DNA from: Candidatus Kaiserbacteria bacterium
GTDB lineage: Bacteria; Patescibacteriota; Minisyncoccia; Phycocordibacterales; Phycocordibacteraceae
NCBI GenBank assembly: GCA_026396715.1
Contig: JAPLWH010000006.1
Span: 42,850 to 106,849 of the forward strand
Length of the DNA stretch: 64,000 nt
Direction: 5' to 3'
Position numbers and translations under genes: made by a program. How positions within the stretch are numbered: position 1 is the first letter of the stretch; the number at the start of each line of letters is the position of its first letter. The notes under the pieces were generated by a model. That model did not search any database, was not told the origin of the DNA, and worked only from the letters and a program-made list of their open reading frames with translations. Shown in pieces: positions 11,383 through 20,726 of this stretch.

Positions 11383-13176
11383 CTATCCAGCTGATTCCTC
11401 TTCATGAAAAAGCTCCCCGCCGAGAGTATCAATCTCCTCAAAAGGGATTTCTCCGGTCAGCGCCTTTACGATGGCATCCTCGCGCATCGTGAGCATGCCG
11501 CCTGCTCGCGCGACAGAGAATATTTTTTCCTCAACCGGATTGGTAAGGATTACCTCCTCAAGCTGCTTATTCATACGCAGCACTTCGAATACGCCGGTGC
11601 GACCGCGAGTGCCATTTGGGCATTCAGCCGTCGCGGTCGCATGATAAAATTCTTTAAACGGCGGCAGCGCGCGGCGATACTCCTCTGGCAGATCGGCAAA
11701 TTCTCGCTCGAGAGACAGCTTGATGCTGTTCGTGACCGGGATAGGCGTACCGCCGGGACAAAGCTTGCGGACTAGACGCTGCCCGATGACCGAGATCAGC
11801 GTCGGGGCGATGAGATACGGATCGACACCCATGTCGATGAGGCGCGGAATCGCCCCGGCGGCAGTATTAGTATGTATCGTGGAAAAAACGAGATGGCCGG
11901 TAAGCGCTGCCTGCACCGCGAGCACCGCGGTCTCTTTGTCGCGGATCTCACCCACCATGATGATATCCGGGTCCTGGCGCAGGATGGAGCGTAATCCGTT
12001 CGCGAACGTATATCCGATCTCAGGCCGCACCTGACTCTGTGACACATCAGCGATCTCGTACTCGACGGGATCCTCGAGCGAAACGACATTCGCTGTCTCA
12101 CGATCAAGCTCTGAAAGCATCGCATAGAGCGTCGTCGACTTACCTGAGCCGGTCGGCCCCGCGATAAGGATGATGCCGTACGGCACTTTCATCATGGCGC
12201 GGATATCGGCAAGATGCGCCTTACTAAACCCTCTCGATTCGAGAGTCGCTATCGCTTCTGACTTATCGAGAATACGCATCACGACCTTCTCGCCGTGTTC
12301 CGTCGGGAAGGTAGAGACGCGGAAATCGATCCGGCGGTTCTCAACCGTCGCCGAGAAACGGCCGTCCTGCGGCTTCCGCCGTTCATCGAGGCGCAATTTT
12401 GCAAGAATCTTGATGCGCGCGACAACAGCCTCATGCACCTTCAATGGCAATTTAAGCGATGTATGAAGATCGCCATCCATGCGGAATCGGACTCGAGTCT
12501 TCGTTGGCGTCGGTTCGATGTGCACGTCGGAAGAATGTCCCTCGATAGCGTACCGCAATATGGTCGAGACGATTTTCGTTACCGGTGCGTCTTCTTTCAA
12601 GGATTCGCTGGGGCCGGCCAAATCAAGCTCCTCTTCTCTATTAAGGGCGAGTGGTCCCTCCTTCGGCACAGAAGCGCCGGGTGCAGCAGACGCGTCGCGT
12701 GCGGGAGAAGTTGCGGTTGTCTCGTACTCGAAAAGAGCAGTACCCACTTCGCCCGAAAGATTCTTATACGCATCGAGCACGCGATCAAAATCATCTTTCG
12801 TAATAAGAAAAATCTTATACGGCATGCCGATCTGGCCCGAGATGAACTGCAACGCATCAAGCGCCTCTATATTATCCGGATCGGTAATGCCAACCTCGAG
12901 CGCACCCTCCGTGACGGCAAGCGGTACGAATCCATAATGACGGGCCGAGTCAATCGGAATGTAGCCGAACGCTTCATGCGATGCGGGAGGGTCGCCGAGA
13001 ATACGTGTCGGGAGGTCGTATGATTTTCCTACTTCCGCGATTGCATCAGAAATCGCCACTCCCTGCGCGGCGAGCGCCTCGGTAAGGGAGCGTTTCTTCG
13101 CCAGATCAGCCTCAACGCTCGCGCGGGCGCTTGCCGAGAGGAGTCCTTTATCGACGAGTAGTCCGAGAAGATTCAT
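11383..13176 (-). CDS. pilB: Type IV pilus extension ATPase PilB/GspE
   Basis: SDVHIEP, PQDGR, GPTGSGKSTT, LRQDPDIIMVGEIRD. Confidence 0.95.
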   Translation of the reverse strand: MNLLGLLVDKGLLSASARASVEADLAKKRSLTEALAAQGVAISDAIAEVGKSYDLPTRILGDPPASHEAFGYIPIDSARHYGFVPLAVTEGALEVGITDPDNIEALDALQFISGQIGMPYKIFLITKDDFDRVLDAYKNLSGEVGTALFEYETTATSPARDASAAPGASVPKEGPLALNREEELDLAGPSESLKEDAPVTKIVSTILRYAIEGHSSDVHIEPTPTKTRVRFRMDGDLHTSLKLPLKVHEAVVARIKILAKLRLDERRKPQDGRFSATVENRRIDFRVSTFPTEHGEKVVMRILDKSEAIATLESRGFSKAHLADIRAMMKVPYGIILIAGPTGSGKSTTLYAMLSELDRETANVVSLEDPVEYEIADVSQSQVRPEIGYTFANGLRSILRQDPDIIMVGEIRDKETAVLAVQAALTGHLVFSTIHTNTAAGAIPRLIDMGVDPYLIAPTLISVIGQRLVRKLCPGGTPIPVTNSIKLSLEREFADLPEEYRRALPPFKEFYHATATAECPNGTRGRTGVFEVLRMNKQLEEVILTNPVEEKIFSVARAGGMLTMREDAIVKALTGEIPFEEIDTLGGELFHEEESAG

Positions 13177-13297
13177 CCCGTTAGAAGCCGGCCACGATTA
13201 CGCGGCTTGCTCTGTGAGCGCACGACAGATGTATTTCGTATGTGTTCATGCTTCGTCTATTATTCTACTACACAGTGCGTACAGTCTCTAACAGGAT
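13175..13297. repeat. TTAGA/TCTAAC inverted-end element, 123 bp
   Basis: ATCCCGTTAGA...TCTAACAGGAT; the end overlaps the pilB start codon. Confidence 0.75.
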
Positions 13298-13304
13298 TCA
13301 CTAC

Positions 13305-13595
13305 TTATTTTCCACCGATGCCCTGGATCGGGGCGAACGGATCGATACGACCGACTGATTCGGGAGAAATCTGCGTCGTGAGATCGACCAACGAATTAAA
13401 TCGTGCATCCGACAAAATACCGGTATTAAACGAGGTAGGAAGTCTGAGGATGAGTGCTCGGAATCGCACTTGCGCAGGATTCTCTGTCGTATTCGCGGTC
13501 AAAGGTAGCTCGTTCCCGGTATCGGTAAAGAAGTACCAATACGCGCCGGCCGCAAGAATGAGTGCGATAGTGATGAGTGTGATGTTTTGTTTCAT
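13305..13595 (-). CDS. Small membrane-anchored pilus-cluster protein (PilP position)
   Basis: N-terminal TM segment, C-terminal GRIDPFAP motif; follows pilO. Confidence 0.7.
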   Translation of the reverse strand: MKQNITLITIALILAAGAYWYFFTDTGNELPLTANTTENPAQVRFRALILRLPTSFNTGILSDARFNSLVDLTTQISPESVGRIDPFAPIQGIGGK

Positions 13596-13621
13596 AGGTC
13601 AAAAAATAGGACGTTCGAACG

Positions 13622-14188
13622 TTATCGGAGCCAGAAGAGGCGCAGCTTCATCTGATACGTATAGACACTCGTGTCGGACCCTTTTACGACGATATCCTGA
13701 ACGTCGAGAATACGCTGACTCTTCTCTATTCCAGTCAAGAACGTTTGCAGTGCTGCATACGTACCGACCGCGGAGAGCGAGAGGTCGATCGAACCAACCG
13801 GATTTGCATGTCCGATCGGCACTGCGCCAGACGCGAGAGCGCTTGCCGATTCCGCAGTAATATTCGTCGTAACGTCGATATTCGAAAGAGAGAGGCCTGA
13901 ACGCGACGCAAGCGCCGTAAGATCAAGGATAAGACCGACGTTATCGACCGAATCGGGCAAGAAGACGTTCAACCGAGCAAGACTTGCAGAATCGATAGTA
14001 TTAAGCGCGGACGCGAGTGTGTTCTGTTGTACCGCGTATGAATTCGCCGCAGCGAGCGCCTGATCGTTTGCGATAATAGCAGCTTTAGTCTCGGCTATCG
14101 TACCGGACCAGGCCGGCTGCACATAGGCGAAAAAGATGCCGAGAGCAACGAGGAAGGCGGTAAGCGGTAAGATGCGGTTACTTATCAT
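13622..14188 (-). CDS. pilO: Type IV pilus alignment protein PilO
   Basis: N-terminal TM, FLPDSVD, GTYAALQTFLTGIEKSQRILDV. Confidence 0.8.
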   Translation of the reverse strand: MISNRILPLTAFLVALGIFFAYVQPAWSGTIAETKAAIIANDQALAAANSYAVQQNTLASALNTIDSASLARLNVFLPDSVDNVGLILDLTALASRSGLSLSNIDVTTNITAESASALASGAVPIGHANPVGSIDLSLSAVGTYAALQTFLTGIEKSQRILDVQDIVVKGSDTSVYTYQMKLRLFWLR

Positions 14189-14814
14189 AATGGTGGCATG
14201 GTCGTAGATTCTTCAGGCACACTTGGTGTAAAAGCCTCCGATGAAAAAGCGATGAGTTTTGTATCGAGAGTTGCCGTAAGCGTAAAAGAAACCGAACCGT
14301 CTTTCGAATTTACCGCGATGCCTGAAAAGATAGCGTCCTTTATGCGGCCATCGGCGGCGAATGCAGTAGAAGCGGCAGCGAGCGCATTGAAGCTCTTTGC
14401 AATACCCGAGCCGTCGAGTTTTGCTCCCCCGAGCTCATTGAGTGTGAGATGCATCGAGGTAAAACGGACGGCTGAAGGCAGCAATGTCTCGATGAGCGAG
14501 AAGAAGTGTGAAAATGCGTCATGATTTGCAAGAAGGTCGGTACCTGAATTAAGGCGATCGCGCACCCGAATGAAATTCTCGACGGTTGCCGGATCAATCG
14601 CCGCTTCAGCCTTCATAAGCGCGACGTCCCGGGCGGCCTGACTACTCGCGAGAATGCGACCATAAAAAAATACTCCGATTGCAAGAAGCAACATGACCCC
14701 CAGCATCATGTACCCGAGAGAACCGAAGATGACGGAAAAATCGACGCGGAACCTGCGCGTGACCTCACCCATCGAGTGAGGAACAAATGATGTTGGTATC
14801 GTTGGGGGGAGCAT
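14185..14814 (-). CDS. PilN-like alignment protein
   Basis: Single TM segment; lies between pilM and pilO. Confidence 0.7.
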   Translation of the reverse strand: MLPPTIPTSFVPHSMGEVTRRFRVDFSVIFGSLGYMMLGVMLLLAIGVFFYGRILASSQAARDVALMKAEAAIDPATVENFIRVRDRLNSGTDLLANHDAFSHFFSLIETLLPSAVRFTSMHLTLNELGGAKLDGSGIAKSFNALAAASTAFAADGRIKDAIFSGIAVNSKDGSVSFTLTATLDTKLIAFSSEAFTPSVPEESTTMPPL

Positions 14815-14873
14815 TTCGTTTTTAGTATACGACACTTATGCAAGCCTTGTGCACGGCATCTGTGCAAAACAAA

Positions 14874-15968
14874 CTATAGCTCATCAAGTTTCCGTAACGC
14901 GAGACCGACCGCGACCGCAAACTCGGGACCGATCTCCTCAAGGACCGGACGCATGAACGCCGGAGCTTCAGTTTTCCTAAAAGGATCTGCAACGTGTACA
15001 TCGATCGAGAAAAGGCGTTTCGCATACTCATCAAGCTCCTTCGTAACGCCGCCACCGCCAGTAAAGATGATTGAGGTGATCGATTTCTTGTGTGCTGTCT
15101 CATACTGTATGAGGACACGTCGCACTTCAGAAAAGATGCGCGAAAAGACGATTTCGGGAGCATGGGCGCCACCGTCTCCGAGACCCTCCTTCTTCTTCAG
15201 CTCTTCAGCAGCAGTAATAGAAATGCTGCCGGAAATCGCGATGGCGCGCGTAATATCCTGACTGCCTATAGCGATCGCGTGCGACAGCGCCACGACCCCA
15301 TGCTCGATGACGTAGACTTTTGTGGACGCAGCGCCGACATCAATTACCATGACCGGCTTTACCGGATCATCGACCACGGCACGGATGGTACTGAAGATCT
15401 CAATCTCGTAAAAACTCGCCGAAAGTCCCGCACCCACAACAACATTCTGAAGCATCGTCAGTTCATCATTATGGACTGCGACCAAGAGCACCTCGATACT
15501 CCCCTTCCGGGGTTCCTCTTGCGAATCCTCTGCGCCAAATTGGGCTTGATCCGCCGCAGGTACGACGAACCAGTCGAGCTGCACCTCGCTTATCGGCACA
15601 GGAATATATTTGCGCGCCTCGAGTTCAATGACCGTTTTCTGTTCTTGCGGGTCAGCGCGGTAGGGCAACTCGACGAGCGTGAGCAGCGAGCGAGCGAACG
15701 GTATCGATACGCCGCAGCTTGTCGTCGTTACTTTCGCCTCACGCAAGAGATCTTTGAGAGACTCGATAATCTGCTCGGAGGAAAGATTTGTCGCCTGTCC
15801 GGCATCGGCACCACCATATTGACCGAGCGAAAGCTCGCCGTAGGTCTCAAGAATCGCCTGTCCGTGTTCCTTGCGCAGCTGCACAATCTTTAAGGACGAT
15901 GAGCCGAAGTCGACGCCGAGTACGCTCTGTTCTTTCTTCTTCGAAAAGAATGATTCGAGGAATGACAT
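14874..15968 (-). CDS. pilM: Type IV pilus assembly protein PilM
   Basis: GVDFGSSSLK, EARKYIP, IDVGA, TGGG, AVGLALR (actin-like fold). Confidence 0.92.
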   Translation of the reverse strand: MSFLESFFSKKKEQSVLGVDFGSSSLKIVQLRKEHGQAILETYGELSLGQYGGADAGQATNLSSEQIIESLKDLLREAKVTTTSCGVSIPFARSLLTLVELPYRADPQEQKTVIELEARKYIPVPISEVQLDWFVVPAADQAQFGAEDSQEEPRKGSIEVLLVAVHNDELTMLQNVVVGAGLSASFYEIEIFSTIRAVVDDPVKPVMVIDVGAASTKVYVIEHGVVALSHAIAIGSQDITRAIAISGSISITAAEELKKKEGLGDGGAHAPEIVFSRIFSEVRRVLIQYETAHKKSITSIIFTGGGGVTKELDEYAKRLFSIDVHVADPFRKTEAPAFMRPVLEEIGPEFAVAVGLALRKLDEL

Positions 15969-15982
15969 GCGATAATAGTACC

Positions 15983-16600
15983 ATGATGCCGCTACGGCAC
16001 TGGCTTGATTTCCTCTTTCCTCCTCGCGAGGATGAACGAACGCTGCGAGACATTTCCACCGACGATTTCCTCGCACTCGTAACGCCGCGGCTCGTACCCA
16101 TCACGCGACCAGAAACAGTCAGACTCTTCCCTTTCAATAACGCTTCCGTGCGCGCGGCGGTTCATGAGGCGAAATACCATGGTAGTGAACGCGCTTTTGC
16201 ACTCCTTACCGCTGCACTCAACGACTACCTGTGCGATGCTGATGATGGATTTACGAAACCCATCATCGTGCCGATACCGCTCGGGAAAGGTCGGTACCAG
16301 GAACGCGGATTCAATCAGGCAGAAGAGGTTGCGCGTCGCGTCGCGAACGAGCTCGGCATCGCGGTCGATTCCGCACTTCTCATACGCACGCGTGAGACCG
16401 CTTCACAAGTCTCGCTTCCCCGCTCAAAACGGGAAGAAAACATGCGCGGCGCGTTCAGGGCAACGCGCCGCGCCAATCCCGCGTACCTATATATAGTCAT
16501 CGACGATGTCCTCACCACCGGCGCCACCCTCCAAGCCGCCATCGACGCCTTACGGGAAGCGGGCGCCGAGCACATCCTCCCACTCGCCCTCGCCCATTAA
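15983..16600 (+). CDS. comF: ComF-family phosphoribosyltransferase-like competence protein
   Basis: VPIPL...RGFNQA, RxENMRGAF, IDDVLTTGATL. Confidence 0.9.
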   Translation: MMPLRHWLDFLFPPREDERTLRDISTDDFLALVTPRLVPITRPETVRLFPFNNASVRAAVHEAKYHGSERAFALLTAALNDYLCDADDGFTKPIIVPIPLGKGRYQERGFNQAEEVARRVANELGIAVDSALLIRTRETASQVSLPRSKREENMRGAFRATRRANPAYLYIVIDDVLTTGATLQAAIDALREAGAEHILPLALAH

Positions 16601-16604
16601 GTTT

Positions 16605-16631
16605 CAACCGCCCAGAAATTCTGGGCGGTTG
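16605..16631. terminator. Hairpin between convergent genes
   Basis: CAACCGCCCAGAA/TTCTGGGCGGTTG. Confidence 0.65.
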
Positions 16632-16640
16632 TCTGCAAGA

Positions 16641-16949
16641 TCAAGAAAAGCAAGTCTGATTATGCGTCATCAATTCCTCAAGTGTGTACCACCCGGCAAA
16701 ACTTAAACACATCTGTATAGCGGAAAGATGGTTACCGGTCTTGCGCTGTTTCCCCGAAAGTTTCGCATATTCTTTCACCCCGTCACAAAGGAAGTGTGCG
16801 TGCGCGAGCCTTTCCTTCTTACTCAATGAGGCAAACGTGCGTTTCGGATCCATCCGAACTTTCGAAATGCCTTCTTTGCGCAGGCGTTCCTCGTACATCT
16901 CAATAAGAGCGGTAATCCTCTCTTTGGGCGTCGACTCCTTTTCGGCCAT
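16641..16949 (-). CDS. Hypothetical protein (orphan-like)
   Basis: 102-aa ORF with AAGGAGG 5 nt before the ATG and a terminator hairpin downstream. Confidence 0.7.
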   Translation of the reverse strand: MAEKESTPKERITALIEMYEERLRKEGISKVRMDPKRTFASLSKKERLAHAHFLCDGVKEYAKLSGKQRKTGNHLSAIQMCLSFAGWYTLEELMTHNQTCFS

Positions 16950-17070
16950 TACGGCCTCCTTTCATAAAAGGGTTTGCGTCTGCCGAGACCCTACCATGCC
17001 CGCGTACACAAACAAAATAGGCGTCCAGAACTCGCTCTCTTTCGCTAAATTTGGTACTGTGGCGGAATAC

Positions 17071-17159
17071 GGAGGGGTCGCATAGAGGCCTAGTGCGGCG
17101 GGTTGCTAACTCGCTATACGAGTAAAATCGTATCGAGGGTTCGAATCCCTCCCCCTCCG
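17071..17159 (+). tRNA. tRNA-Ser(GCT)
   Basis: GGAGGGG/CCCCTCC acceptor stem, GCGGG-TT-GCT-AA-CTCGC anticodon arm, long variable arm, GGTTCGAATCC T-loop; CCA not encoded. Confidence 0.95.
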
Positions 17160-17404
17160 CAAAATAACAAGCCGAGAGCATTAGCTCTCGGCGACTATAT
17201 TTTGCGAGAATGGGGAGGGATTCGAAGAGACGGAGCGGGGTACCCGTTCAGCAGAACGGGTCGCGAGTCGCGGACACGACCAAAAGCGAGCGACGGCGAG
17301 CTTTTGAGTTGCGGACGAAAAGCGTACTCGCGGTCCCTCCCTTCTCTTCGAGCAAAAACCGCCACCCCTCAGGGCGGCGGTTTTTGCTCGCATACTAAAG
17401 CTGT

Positions 17405-18037
17405 TTACGCAGGTACCTCCGACGCGATCTGCCGCACTTCTTTCCCTGTCATGCGACCCTCCTTATCTACGCCGTAGATGACGATCGATCCGAACAGCAT
17501 CTCGATATTCTTCACGTCCTCCGGCGCGATGGTCTCGATATACGCCATAAGCGCACGGAGCGAATTGCCGTGCGCGACGACCAATACATTCTTCCCAGCT
17601 ACGAGCAGCGGAAGGATCGCCTTCTGATAGAACGGAATGACGCGTTCATACACCATTTTCAGCGTCTCACCATTCGGGACAGGACAATCCCACTCTCGCC
17701 GCACGCGTTCAAACTCCTCGTCTCCGATAAGTTTCTTCATATCCCATTTATTCTTCCCCGTATAGTCGCCGTAATCGCGCTCATTGAGTTCGCGCGCATG
17801 CTCAACCGGCACGTCGTGCAGTTCAAGCGCCATGAGCATGCACGCCAGTGTCTCAATGGTCCGCACCTGCATCGAAGAAAACGCTGTGTCGATAGAGATG
17901 CCCTGTATCGCATGCCCCATATCCGCTGATTTTTGAAACCCGTACGGCGTGAGCGGCACATTGCGCGTGCCGGTCCACAAACCTTTCTTATTCCATTCCG
18001 ACTCGTGATGCCGAGCGATAAGAAGTTTCCCCGCCAT
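17405..18037 (-). CDS. gpmA: 2,3-bisphosphoglycerate-dependent phosphoglycerate mutase
   Basis: ARHHESEWN, LNERDYG, PNGETL, VAHGNSLR. Confidence 0.88.
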   Translation of the reverse strand: MAGKLLIARHHESEWNKKGLWTGTRNVPLTPYGFQKSADMGHAIQGISIDTAFSSMQVRTIETLACMLMALELHDVPVEHARELNERDYGDYTGKNKWDMKKLIGDEEFERVRREWDCPVPNGETLKMVYERVIPFYQKAILPLLVAGKNVLVVAHGNSLRALMAYIETIAPEDVKNIEMLFGSIVIYGVDKEGRMTGKEVRQIASEVPA

Positions 18038-18038
18038 A

Positions 18039-19283
18039 TTATGCAGCCGCCAGACGATCTTCAATCTCAATCAGACGATCATACTTCACGACGCGCTCAG
18101 AATTTGTTGGTGCACCTGCTTTTATGTAGCCGCAGGAAAGACCAGCAGCGAAGTCTGAGATGAATGTATCCATCGTTTCGCCCGAACGGTGCGATGCGAA
18201 TGCTTTCCAGCCCGCGGCCTGTACGGCGCGCACGGCAGCAACACTCTCGCTAATCGTCCCAATCTGATTCGGCTTGATGATGCAGGCATTTGCCGCGCGC
18301 TGCGCGACCGCCATACTGATGCGCTCGACATTGGTTACCGTAAGGTCATCGCCGACAATGCTGAGGGTCCCGCCGAGTTTTCCCGTAAGCGCCGTAAACC
18401 CTTCCCAGTCATCCTCCGCAAGACCATCTTCGATCGAGATGAGCGGATACTTCTCCGCAAGGCCGACATACCACTCGATCATCTGAGCACTGTCGAGCTG
18501 GCGCTCGCCACCAGACCGAAGTACGTACCTCCTTTCTTCATAAAAACTACTCGAAGCGACATCGAGCGCGATTTTCACTTGCTCGGTCGAGTATCCCGCT
18601 TTTCCTATAGCAATGACGAGCAGGCCAAGAGCTTCATCATTCGTCTCGAGCGCGGGTGCGAACCCGCCTTCATCCCCCAACGAAGTGCTGCAACCCTTCT
18701 CTTCAAGAAGAGTCTTCAGTTCCGCCATACACTTCTTCGCAGCTTCAACTTGCTCACGCATACTCTTGAAACCGACGGGCGCGAGCATGCACTCTTGAAT
18801 GTCGATACCCTTCTGCGCATGCTTGCCACCATTGATGATATTGAAGAGTGGCATCGGAAGCGAAAAAGCGGTCCGCCCATCGAGCGAGCCGAGATACTCA
18901 TACAGCTCAATTCCCTGTTCCTGCGCCGCTGCGCGCGCAAAGGCAATCGAGATGCCGAGGATGGCATTGGCACCGAGACGACTCTTGTTCTTCGTACCAT
19001 CGAGCTCGCATAAAAAGGCGTCGAGACTCTGTTGTGTAAACTCTTTGCCGATAATTGCTGCCGCTATCTCTGCATGAATCTGCTCGATTGCCTTAGAAAC
19101 GCCGCGCGGATTTGTCGCGCCCGCACCGTCGCGCAACTCGACCGCCTCATGCGCGCCGACACTCGCTCCTGAAGGAACCGAGGCGACACCCTGTGCATTT
19201 TCAGTCTCAAGTACGACCTCAATCGTCGGTGTACCTCGCGAATCCAGCACCTCCCTACCCATCACTGCTTTTATTTTTATCAT
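18039..19283 (-). CDS. eno: Enolase
   Basis: DSRGTPT, PSGAS, GDEGGFAP, VGDDL, KPNQIG, SHRSGET. Confidence 0.96.
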   Translation of the reverse strand: MIKIKAVMGREVLDSRGTPTIEVVLETENAQGVASVPSGASVGAHEAVELRDGAGATNPRGVSKAIEQIHAEIAAAIIGKEFTQQSLDAFLCELDGTKNKSRLGANAILGISIAFARAAAQEQGIELYEYLGSLDGRTAFSLPMPLFNIINGGKHAQKGIDIQECMLAPVGFKSMREQVEAAKKCMAELKTLLEEKGCSTSLGDEGGFAPALETNDEALGLLVIAIGKAGYSTEQVKIALDVASSSFYEERRYVLRSGGERQLDSAQMIEWYVGLAEKYPLISIEDGLAEDDWEGFTALTGKLGGTLSIVGDDLTVTNVERISMAVAQRAANACIIKPNQIGTISESVAAVRAVQAAGWKAFASHRSGETMDTFISDFAAGLSCGYIKAGAPTNSERVVKYDRLIEIEDRLAAA

Positions 19284-19391
19284 TTTAAATCAATATATGC
19301 ATAACGAATCCCGCCACTATAGCATCTCCGAAGAAACTAGATAAAAAGAAACGCCGACTTTCGCCGGCGGTTCTTTTTATCTAATGCACTA

Positions 19392-19628
19392 TTACATCCC
19401 TGCCCCTTCGGTAGCGCAATACCGACAATCATTCTTGTGAGTGAATACGAGCAGGATCGCCGAAACGCCGACGAGCAGGTAGACGAGTATCTCAACCGCC
19501 GGCCACGAGCCGAGGATGAGGTTCACGATGTTCCAGCTGCCGCCCAAGTACGATCCGAGCGCGATGAGACCCCAATTGAGGCCACCGACGATGACGAGGA
19601 CGAACGCTATGCTGTGCAGTACTTTCAT
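19392..19628 (-). CDS. DUF378-like small membrane protein
   Basis: LVIVGGLNWGLI...VYLLVGVSA. Confidence 0.85.
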   Translation of the reverse strand: MKVLHSIAFVLVIVGGLNWGLIALGSYLGGSWNIVNLILGSWPAVEILVYLLVGVSAILLVFTHKNDCRYCATEGAGM

Positions 19629-19745
19629 ACGAGTGAAAAATGATTAAAGCGGTGCTTTGTGGTATCCGCTTCTTATAGTATGACCCTTTCTGAACGGATA
19701 AGGGGCGACCAAACGGCCCCCTGTGCAAAACGCAGAACATCTTAC

Positions 19746-19919
19746 TTAGAGCGCTCCCGTCGCTTTTGCGATCTTAAAACCGACCCAAATGCCGACAAGG
19801 CCGCCGATAGCGCCCCAAAACGTGTACGCCATGAGCCCTCCATCCCAAAAAGCGGGCAGATAGCCACCGACGCTCGAACCGATGAACATACCTCCCCAAA
19901 TAAGACTTTTACTGCTCAT
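19746..19919 (-). CDS. Small glycine-rich membrane protein (57 aa; not in the ORF track)
   Basis: MSSKSLIWGGMFIGSSVGGYLP...GAIGGLVGIWVGFKIAKATGAL; ATGA overlap with the ABC ATPase stop. Confidence 0.7.
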   Translation of the reverse strand: MSSKSLIWGGMFIGSSVGGYLPAFWDGGLMAYTFWGAIGGLVGIWVGFKIAKATGAL

Positions 19920-20590
19920 AGCCGAGAATCCGAAACAATCCTTCCGTCATCGAGCTTGATGATGCGTTCAGCAAACTGCGCAAACTCGTCTTCATGCGTC
20001 ACCATGATGATCGTCTGCCCGCCCTCATGCAGCTCCTTAAAGATGTTCATTACGGTCGCGGAAGATTCTTTGTCGAGGTTCGCGGTCGGCTCGTCAGCGA
20101 AGAGCACGCCCGGCAAGTGTGCGATGGCGCGCGAGATGGAGACGCGCTGCTGCTCGCCGCCCGAAAGCTGACTCGGCAGATTATCGAGCCGCTTCCCGAG
20201 ACCGACGCGCTCAAGCGCCGTTGCCGCCTTTGCGTCTGCGGCGGTACGCGAAGCGCCCTGCATGTACAGCGGCAAGGCGACATTCTCAAGCGCCGTAAGC
20301 TCCGGCAGAAGCGCATAATCCTGGAAGACGTAACCGAATTCAGTGAGTCGGAACAGCATCTTCTCATGTTCACTCATCGAGTGTGTCTCTTTGCCATTGA
20401 TGAAAATTTCACCCGACGTCGGTTCATCAAGAAGCGAAATCTGATACAGGAGCGTACTCTTCCCTGCTCCTGAACGACCCATGATTGCGATGAACTCGCC
20501 GCTCTTCGCGGTAAAGTCGATGTCTTTCAACACTCGCGTTTCAAGCGGTCCGTCTTTAAATGTTTTTACGAGATTTTTTACTTCGATCAT
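19916..20590 (-). CDS. ABC transporter ATP-binding protein (LolD/MacB-type)
   Basis: GRSGAGKST, LSGGEQQR, ADEPTANLD, VTH. Confidence 0.93.
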   Translation of the reverse strand: MIEVKNLVKTFKDGPLETRVLKDIDFTAKSGEFIAIMGRSGAGKSTLLYQISLLDEPTSGEIFINGKETHSMSEHEKMLFRLTEFGYVFQDYALLPELTALENVALPLYMQGASRTAADAKAATALERVGLGKRLDNLPSQLSGGEQQRVSISRAIAHLPGVLFADEPTANLDKESSATVMNIFKELHEGGQTIIMVTHEDEFAQFAERIIKLDDGRIVSDSRL

Positions 20591-20600
20591 ACTAATGTGC

Positions 20601-20724
20601 GAATGTGTTCAAAAATCGCTCAGATGCAAGGCGCGAGTGAGGCGCGAACCGAGCCATAGTGAGACCTATGGTAAGGAAGCACCGGAGCGAGCAACGAAGC
20701 AGATGAGGATTTTGGGACATATTC
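20601..20724. repeat. About 124-bp palindromic MITE/REP-like insertion
   Basis: Imperfect terminal IR GAATGTGTTCAAAAATCGCTCA / TGAGGATTTTGGGACATATTC with internal hairpin CCATAG...CTATGG. Confidence 0.6.
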
Positions 20725-20726
20725 AT

